64,000 nucleotides of DNA from the human T2T-CHM13v2.0 reference genome, Homo sapiens. The stretch is taken from assembly GCF_009914755.1 (NCBI RefSeq), contig NC_060925.1; one strand, 5' to 3'. Both the position numbers and the translations under genes were made by a program. A model generated the notes under the pieces. The model saw only the letters and a list, made by a program, of their open reading frames with translations, was not told the DNA's origin and did not search any database. Shown here piece after piece: positions 14,086 through 26,886 of the stretch. Every line of letters begins with the position of its first letter. Position 1 is the first letter of the stretch.

Positions 14086-14430
14086 CAGTGGTTCAGCATA
14101 TAATTTTGTGACTTTAGGGTGGTTGGAAAGTAATGCTTATCCAGTAGAAATCAGTACAATACTCGCTTGTGCTGTTGAGCAATGGCAGCAAGGTGCAACT
14201 CCCAGTCAGCCAAATGATCACAAGGTAAGCAATCAATATGCCACAGTGGACTGTGTTGTCAGATAGGCTTCCCCACTGTAGGTTAGTGTAAGTGTTCTGA
14301 GCACATTGAAGATAAGCTAGGCTAAGCTATGATTTTCAGCAGTGTATTAAATACATTTTCAACTTACAGTATTTTCAACTTAAGATGTGTTTATAGGGAT
14401 GTAACCCAATCATAAGTTGAGGAGCATCTG
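14086..14430 (-). mobile_element. MER47A (Tigger5-derived)
   Basis: Ends ATAAGTTGAGGAGCATCTG-TA; internal GCTAGGCTAAGCTATGAT and TTTTCAACTTA repeats. Confidence 0.8.
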
Positions 14431-14852
14431 TACATAGCAATAATATTGAGGCCAGAGAAAGAAGCGTTTTGTTCAGTTCTCTGATAAGGGTTCTGCATAG
14501 AGATGGCATCTTGTGCTGCCCTGCCCAAACATCCCAAAATTTTGAGACACACTCACAGTAATTTGTTCAGAGCAATAAATGATACTGTAAAAGTCTCTTG
14601 AGTTTAGCTTTCTGTTCTACTTAAATCTCCAGGGGACATGAGTGCAGAGTTGAAAGCTAATGACTTTTTCTGGAGGTCCAATATAAGAACTAGAATTCAA
14701 AGGAGCGGCTGGTTGTGGACAGATGGAATAGGAAGCTGAACAGAGAGCAAAACACTCACTCACAAAGCAATGTTTATATCTGAAAGTAGTTATGATTAGG
14801 CCAAATAATCCAGGAAACTCTCTAGGAATTTGACTATTACATAAAAAAAAAA

Positions 14853-14908
14853 AGATGGAAGTATAAACTACACCATGTGCAGATGGAAGTATAAACTACA
14901 CCATTTGC
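14853..14908 (+). repeat. 28-bp tandem duplication
   Basis: AGATGGAAGTATAAACTACACCAT(G/T)TGC twice. Confidence 0.95.
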
Positions 14909-15455
14909 AGACTGCAATCAACCATGCCTACAGAGCAAACAATGGACCACTAGAAGGAAGCCATTGCCTTTATTACTGCTGTACCAGCCTGGGACCAAAG
15001 AGGCAGTTCTTCTGCAGAGAGAACCAGAAGGATGAAGAGGGGCATAATGAACAAAAAAAGAAACACCTCATTTAAATTAGAGATTGAATGTTTGTAAATG
15101 AATTGATCAGCAAGTAAATTAGAAGTTAAATTTAAAATAGATTTTCGAAAATATTTTTTCACTGTCACCAGAGAAAGGTACTGATGGAAAACAAATCATC
15201 TATGGAAAAACAAGATAAAATTAAAGAAATACCATTTAAAGCCATTTAAAGAAATACCACCATTGCTACAGTTTTTAGTTTTAATAATAGTTAAGTTTTA
15301 TCTTATTGCAAACATATCTTGAAGACAATATAAAGTGTAAAAGGTTATAGACTTTTATTTCAATAATGGTAATCTGATCTATTAATTCAAACACCTGTAG
15401 TATTGGGTTGGCAGCAGTTGTATCAATTGTGAAACTTAAAAAAATAGCCAGACTA

Positions 15456-15795
<340 letters not shown>

Positions 15796-15811
15796 TTATT
15801 CAAAAACACTA

Positions 15812-16227
15812 CAGTTGACTATGGAACAACATGCGTTTGAACTGCACAAGTTCACTTATATGTGAATTTTTTTCGATAAAATTTATACCAAGTTTGCCTG
15901 CCTTTCTGGCCATTTCTGCCACCCTTGACACAGCAAGACCAACCACTCCTCTTCCTTTTCCTCAGTCTACTCATTGTGAAGACTATGAGGATAAAGACCT
16001 TATGATGCTCTAATTCCACTTAATGAATAATAAATATATATTCTCTGCCTTATAATTTTCTTAATAACATTGTCTTTCCTTTTCTTTTAGCTTTATTATA
16101 ATAATACATTATATAACATAAATAACACACAAAATGAGTGTTAATCTATTGTTTGTTATCAGTAAGGCTTCCAGTCAACAGTAAGCTATCAGAAGTTAAG
16201 TTTTGAGAGATTTAAAAGTTATATGTG
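15812..16227 (+). mobile_element. Tigger2a/2b (MER28-type) DNA transposon, 5' part
   Basis: TA-CAGTTGAC...GAACAAC..GTTTGAACTGC TIR; continues after the L1 at 22763-22834. Confidence 0.8.
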
Positions 16228-18088
16228 ATGAGAGCAAAGATAGCCAATTAGTGCAGCCAGGAAGAGCCTCTCCCACCAAAAGACACCAAACCATCAAAAC
16301 GAATGGGATGCTGTGAACAGATCTTTGGAAAGAAGGCACTGAAAATGGACAGAGGAAGGACACAGAACCCAGTCTGAAAGGTGAGGAAGCTGGGAACCCT
16401 GCACTGGTTTGCTGAGCACCAGGACTCACTTCTGTCCCTGAGCAGCTCCTAGGGAAGCATTGAGCGAAATAGGCATGGAGTGGCTCACTCTAGCCATGGA
16501 CCTCCTGGATCCTAGCTGTAGGAGACCCCAGGACCCTCACAGCATCTGAGCTGGTAGGAAGAACTGTCTGGAGCATTGGCAGAGACAGGACTTCAGCCTG
16601 AGAAGCTCCCAGAAAGTTTGACATGGGAATGGCTGCAGTGGAGCACAGCCACAGGAACTCATCCCCTAAGGATCACTGTACTCCTCTAGGTGGCTCTAGC
16701 CATTTTTGGCTTCAGGATCTGGACAGAGTAAGGCTGTCTTGCCTCTGGGAAGGGGCCAGTATCATCTAAGTGCCCCTCTATCTGCTGGCCTTTCCCAGGG
16801 TTCCTGTCTGGCTACAGCTGCTTGCAGCACAGCTTCAGCTTGCTATAGCTCTTTGACCAGCAGATGTCACCTAACCATCAGAATGCTTTTGCAGATGAAC
16901 CCCAGCCAGTGTGCACTCACATGCAGCCTCCTCCACTGCCCAGCACATACTCACCCACAGTCTTCCCCACCGGGCGTGCCTTCACTCGCAGCCTCCTTGC
17001 TAGACCTCACCAATGTTCATGCATGTTTGGATGCCCTACTATCCCTCCAGAGTGCTTTTGCCAGCAGCCCCCATCATGTTGTTGCTAGCAAACTGGGAAC
17101 ACCTCAGCTCCTCCAGGACATCAGGTGCTTAAACTCAAGAGGCAAGAGAGCAAAGCTACGTGCCTTTTCCCAGCCCTCCAGCATTACAGCACATAGCCCA
17201 GGAGTGCTGAACTGAGTTTTGCTCCCCCGCCCAAAAGCGTCCAGAAATGAAGACAATTGACTGTAATTGGTATAACCCAAGTTATACCACAGTCAAACCC
17301 TCAAGGGCACCAAAGAATATAAAGCAAAAAAAAAAGCTTCATCCAAAAGGGAGCAACTTGAAAGATTTAAAGGAACATCAACCCACACAGATGAGAAAGA
17401 ACTAGTACAAGAACTCTGGCAACTCTAAAAGCCAGAGTGGCTTCTTATTTCCAAACAAGAGCACAGGCTCCCCAGCAGTGGTTCTTAATCAGAGTGAAAT
17501 GGCTGAAAAGACATAGAATTCAGGATCTGGATGGCAAAGAAATTCATTGAAATACAGGAGAAAGTTGAAATCCAATACAAGGAACAGAGTAAAAGTATTT
17601 AATAGTTGAAAGATGACATAGCCATTGTAAGAAAGAAAGCAGAATTATAGCCCTTTTAAGAAAAAAGCAAACTGAACTTCTGGAGATAAAAAATTCACTA
17701 CAGGAATTTCAGGATGCAATTGGAAGCATTTATAAGAGAATGGACAAAGCTGAGGAAAGAATCACAAAGCTCTAGGAATATTCCTTCAAATAAACACCAT
17801 CAGGCAAAAATAAAGAGAAAAATTTTAAAAATGAACGAAACCGCTGAGAAATATTGGATTATGTAAACAGACCAAAACTGTGATTCATTGACAGTCCTAA
17901 AAGAGATGGAGAGAGGGCAAGTAACTTGAAAAACATATTTGAACATATTGTTCATAAAAATTTCCCCAGCCTTGCTGAAGAGGTCAACATGAAAATTCAG
18001 AAAACTCAGCGAACCCCTGCAAGGTACTAGACAAGATGACCATCCTCAAGAAACAGAGTTATCAGATTCTTCAAAGTCAATGCCAAGA

Positions 18089-18127
<39 letters not shown>

Positions 18128-21100
18128 ACCTACCTAAAGGCAGCTATGGAGGAGGGGCAGGTGACATGCAAAAAGAACAACATTAAGCTAACAGCAGATA
18201 TTTCAGCAGAAAAGACTGAGGACCTTTATTCACCATCCTAAAAGAAAAGACATTCCAACCAAGAATGTCATGTCCCACCAAACTAAGTTTCATAAGCAAA
18301 GGATAAATAAAATCCTTTTCATAGAAGCAAATGCTAAGGAAATGTGTTACCATCAGGCCAGCCTTATAAGAGGTCTTAAGGGAGTGCTAACTATGGGGAT
18401 AAAGACTGGTACCTGCCACTATAAAAACACTGAAATGGGGAGCCCACTGACACTACAAAACAATGATACAATCAATCCTACACAACAAACAGCTAAAAAC
18501 ATGGTAACAGGATATAATCCCAGCATATGAACATTAATCTTCAATGTAAATGGGCTAAATGCTGCACTGAAAAGACACAGAGTGCTAAGTTGGAAAAAGA
18601 AGCAAGACCTAACTATACACTGTCTTCAAGAGACCCATCTCACATGCAGTGACACACATAGGCTCAAAGGAAAGCAATGAAGAAACATCTATCAAATAAA
18701 AGGAAAACAAAAAAGAGCGGAAGTAGCTGTGCTTATTTCAGACAAAGCAAACTTTAAGCCAACAACAATCGAAAAGGACAAAGAAGGGCATTAAATACTA
18801 ATAAAGGGTTCAATTAAACAAGAAGACTTAACTATCCTAGATATATATGCACCCAACACAGGATCCACCAGATTCATAAAACAAGACCTCAAGGACCTAT
18901 GAAGAGACTTAGATTACCACAAAATAATATTGGGATAATTTGACACTACACTGACAGTGTTAGATAGATCATCAAGGCAGAATACTAACAAAGATATTCT
19001 GGATATAAACTTGACACTTGACTAAATAGACCTGACAGACATCTACAGAATACTCCACCCAATCACAACAGAAAATACACTCTTCTTATCTGCACACGGC
19101 GCATAATCTAAGATCAACCACATGCTCAGCCATAAATCAATTCTCAACAAAATTTAAAAAGGTTAAAAATCATACCAACATCACCCTCAATCCACAGCAC
19201 AATAAAAATATAAATCAATACCAAGAAGTTTTCTCAGAACCACTATAATTCCATGTATATTAAACAACCTATTCCTGTGTGACTTTTGAGTAAACAATAA
19301 AATTAAGGCAGAAATCAAGAAATTCTTTGAAATTAATGAAAACAAACACACAACATACAAGAATTTCTGGGATACATGTAAAACAATGTTAAGAGGAAAG
19401 TTGATAGTGCTAAACACCTATAACCAGAAGTTAGCAAGATCTCAAATTAACAACCTAACATCACACCTAGGGGAAACAGGAGCAAGAGCGAACCAAACAC
19501 AAAGGTAGAAGGAGAAAAGAAATAACCAAAACAATATAACTGAACAAAATGAGATGCAAAAACTCACATAAAAGATAAATGAAACCAAAAGTCAGTGCTT
19601 TGAAAGAATAAAAAATATTGATAGACCAATAGCTAGATTAATAAAGAAAAAGGAGAGAAGATTCAAATAAATACAATTAGAAATGACAAGGATGTCATTA
19701 CTGCCAACCCCACAGTAATACAAAAATCCCTAAGGACTATTACAAACACCTTTATGCATACAAATGAGAAAACCTAGAAGAAATGGATCAATTTCTGGAA
19801 ACATACAACCTCCCAAAACTGAACTAGGAAGAAACTGAAATCCTGAACAGACAAATACCGAGTTCCAAAATTAAATCAGTAATAAAAACCCACCACCAGA
19901 AAAAGGCCTGGACCAGACAGATTCATAGCCAAATTCTAAAAAACATAAAAAGACCTACTTCTTCAGAAGTACATTCAGATTCTACTGAAATTATTCAAAA
20001 AGTTGAGAAGGGGCTCCTCCCTAACTCATTGTATGAGGCCAGCGTCATTTTGATTCCAAAACCTGGCAGAGACACAAAGAAAAAAAAAGGAAACTTCAGG
20101 CCAATATCTCTGATTAACATAGATAAAAAAATCTCAGCAAAATCCTAGCAAGCTGAATCCAGCAGCTCATCAAAAAACCAATCCCCCACAGCCAAATAGG
20201 CTTTATTCCTGGGATGCTAGGTTGGTTTAACATAAGTAAATCAATAAATGCGATTCATTGTATAAACAGAACTAAAAACAAAAGCCATATGATCATCTCA
20301 ATATACATAAAAGGCTCTCTATAAAATGCAACATTGCTTTATGTTAAAAGCCATCAACAAAACAGGCATGGAAGGAAAATATCTCAAAATAATGAGAGGC
20401 ATCTACAACAAACCTATAGCCAATATCATACTGAAGGGTCAAAGACTGAAATCATTTTCCCTAACCAGAAACAAGGAAAGGATGCCACTCTTAATCACTC
20501 CTATTCAACAAAATACTAGAAGTCATACCCACAGCAATGAGGCAAGGTAAAGAAATAAGAGGCTCCCAAATAGGAAAAAAAGTCAAACTATTTATCTTAG
20601 CTGACAATATTATTCTTTACATAGAAAACCCCATAGTGTCAAGAAAGTTTCAGGATACAAAATGATAGTACGAAACTCCAGAACATTTCTATAAATCAGT
20701 AACATCCAAGATGAGAACCAAATCAAGAACACAGTTCCATTTGTAATAGCCACAGAAAGAATAAAATACCTAGGAATACAGCTCAGGGATGTGAAATACC
20801 TCTACAATGAGGAGTACAAAACACTGCTGGAAGAAATTATAGATGACACAAACAAATGGAAAAACACTCGATGCTCATGGACAGGAAGAAATAATGTTGT
20901 TAAAATATTCATACTGCCTAAAGCAATTTACAAAACTGAAAACTATTTCTGTCAAACTACCAACAGCACTTTTTTTTTTACAGAATTAGAAAAAAACTAT
21001 TCTAAGCTCATATGGAACAAACAAATATTCTGAATAGCCAAAGCAATCCAATGAAAAAAAAACAAAGTCTGAGGTATCACATTACACTACTTCAAACTAT

Positions 21101-22520
21101 ACTACAAGGCTACAGTAACCAAAACAGCATGATACTGCTAGAAACGTAGACACATAGACGAATGGAACAGGTTAGAAACCTTATAAATAGTGTCACACAC
21201 CTAGAATCATCTGATCTCCAACAAACTCTACAATAGCAAACAATGGGGAAAGAAATCCCTATTCAATGAATGATGCTGGGATAACTGGCTAGCCATATGC
21301 AGATTATAGAATTTGGACTCTCCTTTTACCATGTACAAAAATAAACTCAAGATAGATTGTCAATTGAAATGTAAAATGTCACACTATAAAGACCCTAGAT
21401 GAAAATCTAGGTCATATCATTCTGGACATAGACCTGGACAAAGAATTTACAATGAAGACACCAAAAGCAATTTCAACAAAAACAAAAATAGATAAATGGG
21501 GTCTAATTAAACTAAAGCGTTTCTGCTCTGCAAAGGAAACTATTAACAGAGTAGATAGACAAACTAGAGAATGAGAGAAGATATTTGCAAACTATGCATC
21601 TGACAACAGTCTAATATCCAGAATTTATAAGGAACTTAAACAAATCAACAAGCAAAAAACAAACAACCCCATTAAAAGTGGTCAAACATGAACAGGCACT
21701 TCTCAAAGGAATACATACACATGGCGTACACATGGCCAACAACCGTAAGACAAAATGCTCAAAATCACAAATCAGAAATGCAATTCAAAACCTCAATGAG
21801 ATACCATCTCATGCCAGTCAGGATGGCTATTAGAAAGTTAGAAATTAACTGATGCTAGCAAGGTTGCAGAGAAATGGAAATGCTTATACCCTGTTGGTGG
21901 GAATGTAAATTCATTCAGCCAGTGTGAAATGAAGTATGAAAATTTCTCAAAGAACTTAAAAGAGGACTACCATTTGACCCAGCAATCCAATTACCAGTTA
22001 TGTACCCAAAGAAATATAAATCATTCTACCAAAAACACACATGTGCTCATGTATTCATTGCAGCACCATTCACAATACCAAAGACATGGAATCAACCTAG
22101 ATGCCCATTAGTGGTGAACTGGATAAAGAAAATGTGGTATGCATACACCATGGAATACTGTACAAACATAATAAAGGATGAAATTATGTCTTTTGCAGCA
22201 ACATGACTGCAGCTGGAGGCCATTTTCCTAAGTGATAAATGCAGGGAGAGAAAACCAAACACAGCATGTTCTCACTTATAAGTGGGAGCTAAACATTGAG
22301 TTCACATGGACACAAAGAGGGGAATAACAGACACCAGGACCTACTTGACAGTGGAGGTTGAGAGGATAGTGAAGTTTGAAAAACTACCTATTGGGTACTA
22401 CGGTCACTATCTGGGTGATGAACTCATTGGTACACCAAACCCAGTGACACACAATTCACCCATGTAACAAACCTGCACAGGTACCCCCTGAACCTAAAAC
22501 AAAAACAAAAAAGAAAAATA
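16228..22520 (+). mobile_element. Full-length, decayed LINE-1 (L1PA15/16-like): 5'UTR, ORF1 and ORF2 remnants, 3'UTR
   Basis: 5' AAGATAGCCAATTAG; endonuclease region AATGTAAATGGGCTAAATG from ~18544; 3'UTR GAAAAACTACCTATTGGGTACTA...CCCATGTAACAAACCTGCAC; many stops and frameshifts; TSD AAAA(G/C)TTATATGTG at 16214-16227 and 22763-22776. Confidence 0.92.
18088..18128. repeat. (TAAA)n microsatellite inside L1 ORF1
   Basis: Directly visible. Confidence 0.95.
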
Positions 22521-22700
22521 ATGCTAGTAAGTCTCCAAATTCTGCCTCTTAAATGTCCATAAAAGTCACCAATCTAAAAAATATGACTAATTCATTCTCT
22601 ATTTAGAGACATAAGGAAGGTATGAGGGATTATATAACTTTAAAGTGTGCGGAACCACCTTTTAAAACTATTTAATAGGGTGTTTTTATAATGATTTGAT

Positions 22701-22760
22701 ACCCATGTAGCCAACCTGCAGATGTACCCTCAAACCTAAAATAAAAGTTGAAAAAGAGAG
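22701..22760 (+). mobile_element. Second short L1PA 3' terminus with AATAAA
   Basis: ACCCATGTAGCCAACCTGCAGATGTACCCTCAAACCTAAAATAAAAGTTG, similar to 22457-22500. Confidence 0.8.
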
Positions 22761-22762
22761 CA

Positions 22763-22834
22763 AAAACTTATATGTGTAATTTTGACTGTGCATGGATCAG
22801 CAACCCTAACCTCCCACTCTTCAAGGGTCAACTG
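22763..22834 (+). mobile_element. Tigger2a/2b 3' part
   Basis: Ends TTCAAGGGTCAACTG, inverted relative to the 5' TIR at 15812. Confidence 0.8.
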
Positions 22835-23259
22835 TGTTATGATAGATAGAAGGGCACTATGCAATAGGGAGAATAGTCCAACCCTAAGATTGGCGAAATA
22901 CCAAATCAAAACGAAAAAAGCTTTTATTTTATTAGGAGCGGTAAACATAGCTAGCAGGAAGTACATAGGGCTAGCAAGAAGTTTGTGGGGTGTGGGGCAT
23001 AAGAAAGGGGCTAAACAGATGACATGAGAGTCACATTTTAAAAGAACATTTTTATTCTCTTTGGTCAGCTGATTCTTGGAGTGTGCTATCAAAAGAGAAT
23101 GTTCTGCATTTCAGTGCTTGCTTGAAAGCTTAGGTACAAGACACAGTTCAACCTGTGAGAAGAGAATGTTGACTAACATTTGGTCAAGCCAAATCAATGA
23201 GTAAGTAATGAGCAATTATGAGAGCTTGGACATAGTATAAAGTCATGATTTTGATGCAT

Positions 23260-23983
23260 GCACAGATATATACAGACATAAATAAAGATATGGGTTTATA
23301 TATACAAGTAGCTATATTTTCTAGCTCTGTTAACTAAGAGAACCTAGAAGCTGTGACACCCTAGAGCAATGAACATATTTGGCACCCAGATTTCAGTTTC
23401 TGAATTCTAATCTCCCACAGAGGGAACTAGGGGTCTTTGGAGAAATGGCTGACTCCATGGCTTGGGCAAAGAAACTGCAAGATAAACATGCAAAAACTTG
23501 TAAGTAAAACCAGCAAGTAAAATATTGCTGAAATAATGTTAGTTTGTACTGAAAAAACAACTTGCTTGGAGGAATTTCTAATAACTAAACCTGAGACAAT
23601 TGGGGCAAAAAAATAATAGAAGTGAGTTATATGTACTAGAATAAAATATATATCGATGAATCCATACTGATAGAAATTAATGACTGAGTAAACAGATACA
23701 CAGGAAAGAAATCAAAGCTCTTCAACATAGTTGAATTTCAACCAACAAATATAGAAGGAATAATGAAAATATAAATATCATTAGGCAAACACCATAGTGA
23801 TAGTTAATGTAGATAAGATTTATAGAGAGAGAATAAAATTTGAGGAAAAAAATGTCTGATGAAGAACAGAATATTTGCATAGTCTCAAATTAGCTTATCT
23901 CCCTGCAAGCTAATTATTCACTATAAAGTGTAAAATAATAATTTTACTGGGATGGATCTGGGTAGACACCATCTTAACCAAAT
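23260..23983 (+). mobile_element. L1MC (MC3/MC4-like) 3'UTR, upstream part
   Basis: GGCACCCAGATTTC, GGAACTAGGGGTCTTTGGAGAAATGGCTGACTCC, ends GTAGACACCATCTTAACCAAAT. Confidence 0.7.
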
Positions 23984-24750
23984 TTGGACAGAATACTCAT
24001 TTTTCATTCTATTTTGGGTGCAAGCTTTCTACTCCATAAAATCCCAAGAATATATTTTTACTTTTATTCACCAAATCAATGTATTTATACTCTTTCTTTT
24101 TATTTTGGTTTCATTTTAAGTATTTTCTAGTTTTCCTTTAGTATGTTCTCATTTTATTGTTATCCCCCCTTACTGATATTTATAAATAAATATATATTTT
24201 TCTGATTTTACTTTTTAGACACTGTGATCTATGAGATTTTCACAGGATTTTTTCAAAGCAGGCATATGACCAAATGTCAACAAATTTTTATGTGACAGTG
24301 GCAATATATGTCAAAATACTACTCTACTGATTGCTCTTTCAGATAGTAGCTGCATGTGAACAGTTGCTAGCAGCTTGTATTGGAGTTAAAATATTGGGTT
24401 TATTTGATTAAAGATACTTAATATAAACATGTAAATCTTATCTAAGCTATCATGAGATTGAAAATTCTGGCAAGCCTGTCTTTCATAGGAACATAGAAAA
24501 AATAAAAAAAGCATAATGCTTAAATAATTACAACTACGTGTTTTTATATTTTTATGGATATGACAATATAAATAGGACAACAAATGCTTTGAAATATTCA
24601 GCCACATTTTGAAATCCATGTTGACTGCTCAAGATAAATTGGTTAATATTGTGAATTCGATAGAATGGTGAACAATGTAACTTATTTTCCCCTTTTTTTC
24701 CTCCTTAGAAGAAATATAACTTTCTCTTTAGCCATCTTCTCTATTATTTC

Positions 24751-24891
24751 TTTTTTTTTTCTTTTAGATGGAGTTTCACTCTTGTTCCCCAGGCTGCAGT
24801 GAAGTGAACGCCTGACCTCAAGTGAGGCGTTCAAGACCAGCCTGACCAAGGGATCCACCTGCAGAGGCAGGTGGAGCCACTGCGCCCAGCC
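24751..24891 (-). mobile_element. Collapsed/rearranged AluS with short inverted segments
   Basis: Poly(T)-AGATGGAGTTTCACTCTTGTT start, GCCACTGCGCCCAGCC end, only ~140 bp, with plus-strand Alu pieces inside. Confidence 0.8.
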
Positions 24892-25109
24892 ACGGGGAAA
24901 AAAAAAAGACTACAATTTATAGACCAGACTAAATCTCTGGCCGATTCCCTAGTATATTTTAAGAGAGTAAGATGTGGTTGCCTTGCCATTTTTAAAAATA
25001 AGTTAAGAATGCTAACTACAGCAGAATTATTTCAGAGTTACCTTGAGAATTCTGAGTGCAACAAAGCACTTTCTCAGAAAGATTTTAAAGATTTTATTTT
25101 TTTAAGCAA

Positions 25110-25289
25110 TTTTTTTTAAAATTTTTATTTTTTATTTATTATTATACTTTAAGTTTTAGGGTACATGTGCACAATGTGCAGGTTAGTTACAATAGCAAAG
25201 ACTTGGAACCAATGGAAATGTCCAACAATGATAGACTGGATTAAGAAAATGTGGCACATATACACCATGGAATACTATGCAGCCATAAA
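25110..25289 (-). mobile_element. Tiny young L1PA (PA2-4-like) insertion with 5' inversion
   Basis: T-tail and antisense 3' end (ATACTTTAAGTTTTAGGGTACATGTGCAC...GTTAC) joined at 25190/25191 to sense ORF2-end sequence AATAGCAAAGACTTGGAACC...GCAGCCATAAA. Confidence 0.85.
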
Positions 25290-25560
25290 GATTTATTTAG
25301 TTCTGGTTTGCTGCTTCCCAGAGCATTAGCAATGTTCCTTCTTGAAGCAATCATGGAGAAAAAAAAAAGGATTTTTGTTTACATATATATATATATGTAT
25401 CTTTTTCTAGTCATTTTCAGCACACATCCAACTTATTGGAAATTGAAATGTATACCTTAGTTTTATCATTCTCAGTCAAGAAGGCCCTATAATGATCATA
25501 GTAAACACAGTTCGGGAAGTGCTTCATAGACTTTGATTATTCACATCAATATTTTGAGAC

Positions 25561-26886
25561 TGTGTCTGGAATTGGTGGGTTCTTGGTCTCACTGACTTCA
25601 AGAATGAAGCCGCAGACCCTTGTGGTGAGTGTTATAGCTCTTAAGGTGGCGCGTCTGGATTTTGTCCCTTCTGATGTTGAGATGTGTTCGGAGTTTCTTC
25701 CTTCTGGTGGGTTCATGGTCTCGCTGGCTCAGGAGTGAAGCTGCAGATCTTCGCGGTGAGTGTCACAGCTCATAAAAGCAGCATGGACCCAAAGAGTGAG
25801 CAGTAGCAACATTTACTAAAAAGAGCCAAAGAACAAAACTTCCACAGTGTGGAAAGGGACCCGAGCAGCTTGCCATTGCTGGCTGGGGCAGCCTGCTTTT
25901 ATTCTCTTATCTGGCCCCACCCACATCCTGCTGATTGGTAGAGCCCAGTGGCCTGTTTTGACAGGGTGCTGGTTGGTGCGTATACAATCCCTGAGCTGGA
26001 TACAAAGGTTCTCCATGTCCCCATCAGATTAGTTAGATACAGAGTATGGACACGCAGGTTCTCCAAGGCCCCACCAGAGCAGCTAGATACAGAGTGTGGA
26101 TTGGTGCATTCACAAACCCTGAGCTAGACACAGGGTGCTGATTGGCGTGTTTACAAACCTTGAGCTAGATACAGAGTGCCAATTGGTGTATTTACAATCC
26201 CTGAGCTAGACATAAAGACTCTCCACGTCCCCACCAGACTCGGGAGCCCAGCTGGCTTCACCCAGTGGATCCCGCACGAGGGCTGCCGGTGGAGCTGCCT
26301 GCCAGTCCTGCGCCATGCGCTCACACTCCTCAGCCCTTGGGCGGTCGATGGGACTGGGCGCCGTGGAGCAGGGGGCAGCGCTCCTAGGGGAGGCTCGGCC
26401 GCACAAGAGCCCACGGAGTGGGTGGGAGGCTCAGGCATGGCGGGCTGCAGGTCCGGAGCCCTGCCCCGTGGGAAGGCAGCTAAGGCCCGGCGAGAAATCA
26501 AGCACAGCGCTGGTGGGCCAGCACTGCTGGGGGACCCAGTACACCCTCCGCAGCCTCTGGCCCGGGTGCTAAGCCCCTCACTGCCCGGGGCCGGCAGGAC
26601 CGGCCGGCTGCTCTGAGTGCTGGGCCCGCCAAGCCACGTCCACCCGGAACTCCAGCTGGCCCGCAAGCGCTGCACGCAGCCCCGGTTCCCGCTCGCACCT
26701 CTCCCTCCACACCTCCCTGCAAGCTGAGGGAGCCAGCTCTGGCCTTGGCCAGCCCAGAAAGGGGCTGCCATAGTGCAGCGGTGGGCTGAAGGGCTCCTCA
26801 AGTGCCGCCAAAATGGGAGCCCAGGCAGAGGAGGCACCGAGAGCGAGCGAGGGCTGTGAGGACTGCCAGCACGCTGTCACCTCTCC
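25561..26886 (-). mobile_element. LTR12C (HERV9) solo LTR
   Basis: Reverse complement begins GAGAGGTGACAGCGTGCTGGCAGTCCTCACAGCCCTCGCTCGC and ends CCAATTCCAGACACA; 4-bp TSD AGAC (25557-25560, 26887-26890). Confidence 0.95.
25890..26215 (-). promoter_or_regulatory. LTR12C U3 enhancer/promoter repeats (CCAAT/NF-Y, GATA motifs, AATAAAA box)
   Basis: Repeated GATTGG (CCAATC on the minus strand) and CTAGATACAGAGTG units; GCTTTTATTC near 25896; activity not shown by sequence. Confidence 0.65.

Noticed and set aside
16706-17215. 169-aa ORF
   Set aside because: Within the L1 5'UTR, non-ATG start, no recognisable protein family
18500-22210. L1 ORF2 as a functional reverse transcriptase
   Set aside because: Fragmented by many stops, frameshifts and small deletions
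25930-26215. Spaced ~40-bp repeats superficially like a CRISPR array
   Set aside because: These are the known LTR12 U3 tandem enhancer repeats in a eukaryotic genome
26151-26880. 228-aa and 146-aa ORFs
   Set aside because: Lie wholly within the GC-rich LTR12C U3, where long chance ORFs are expected
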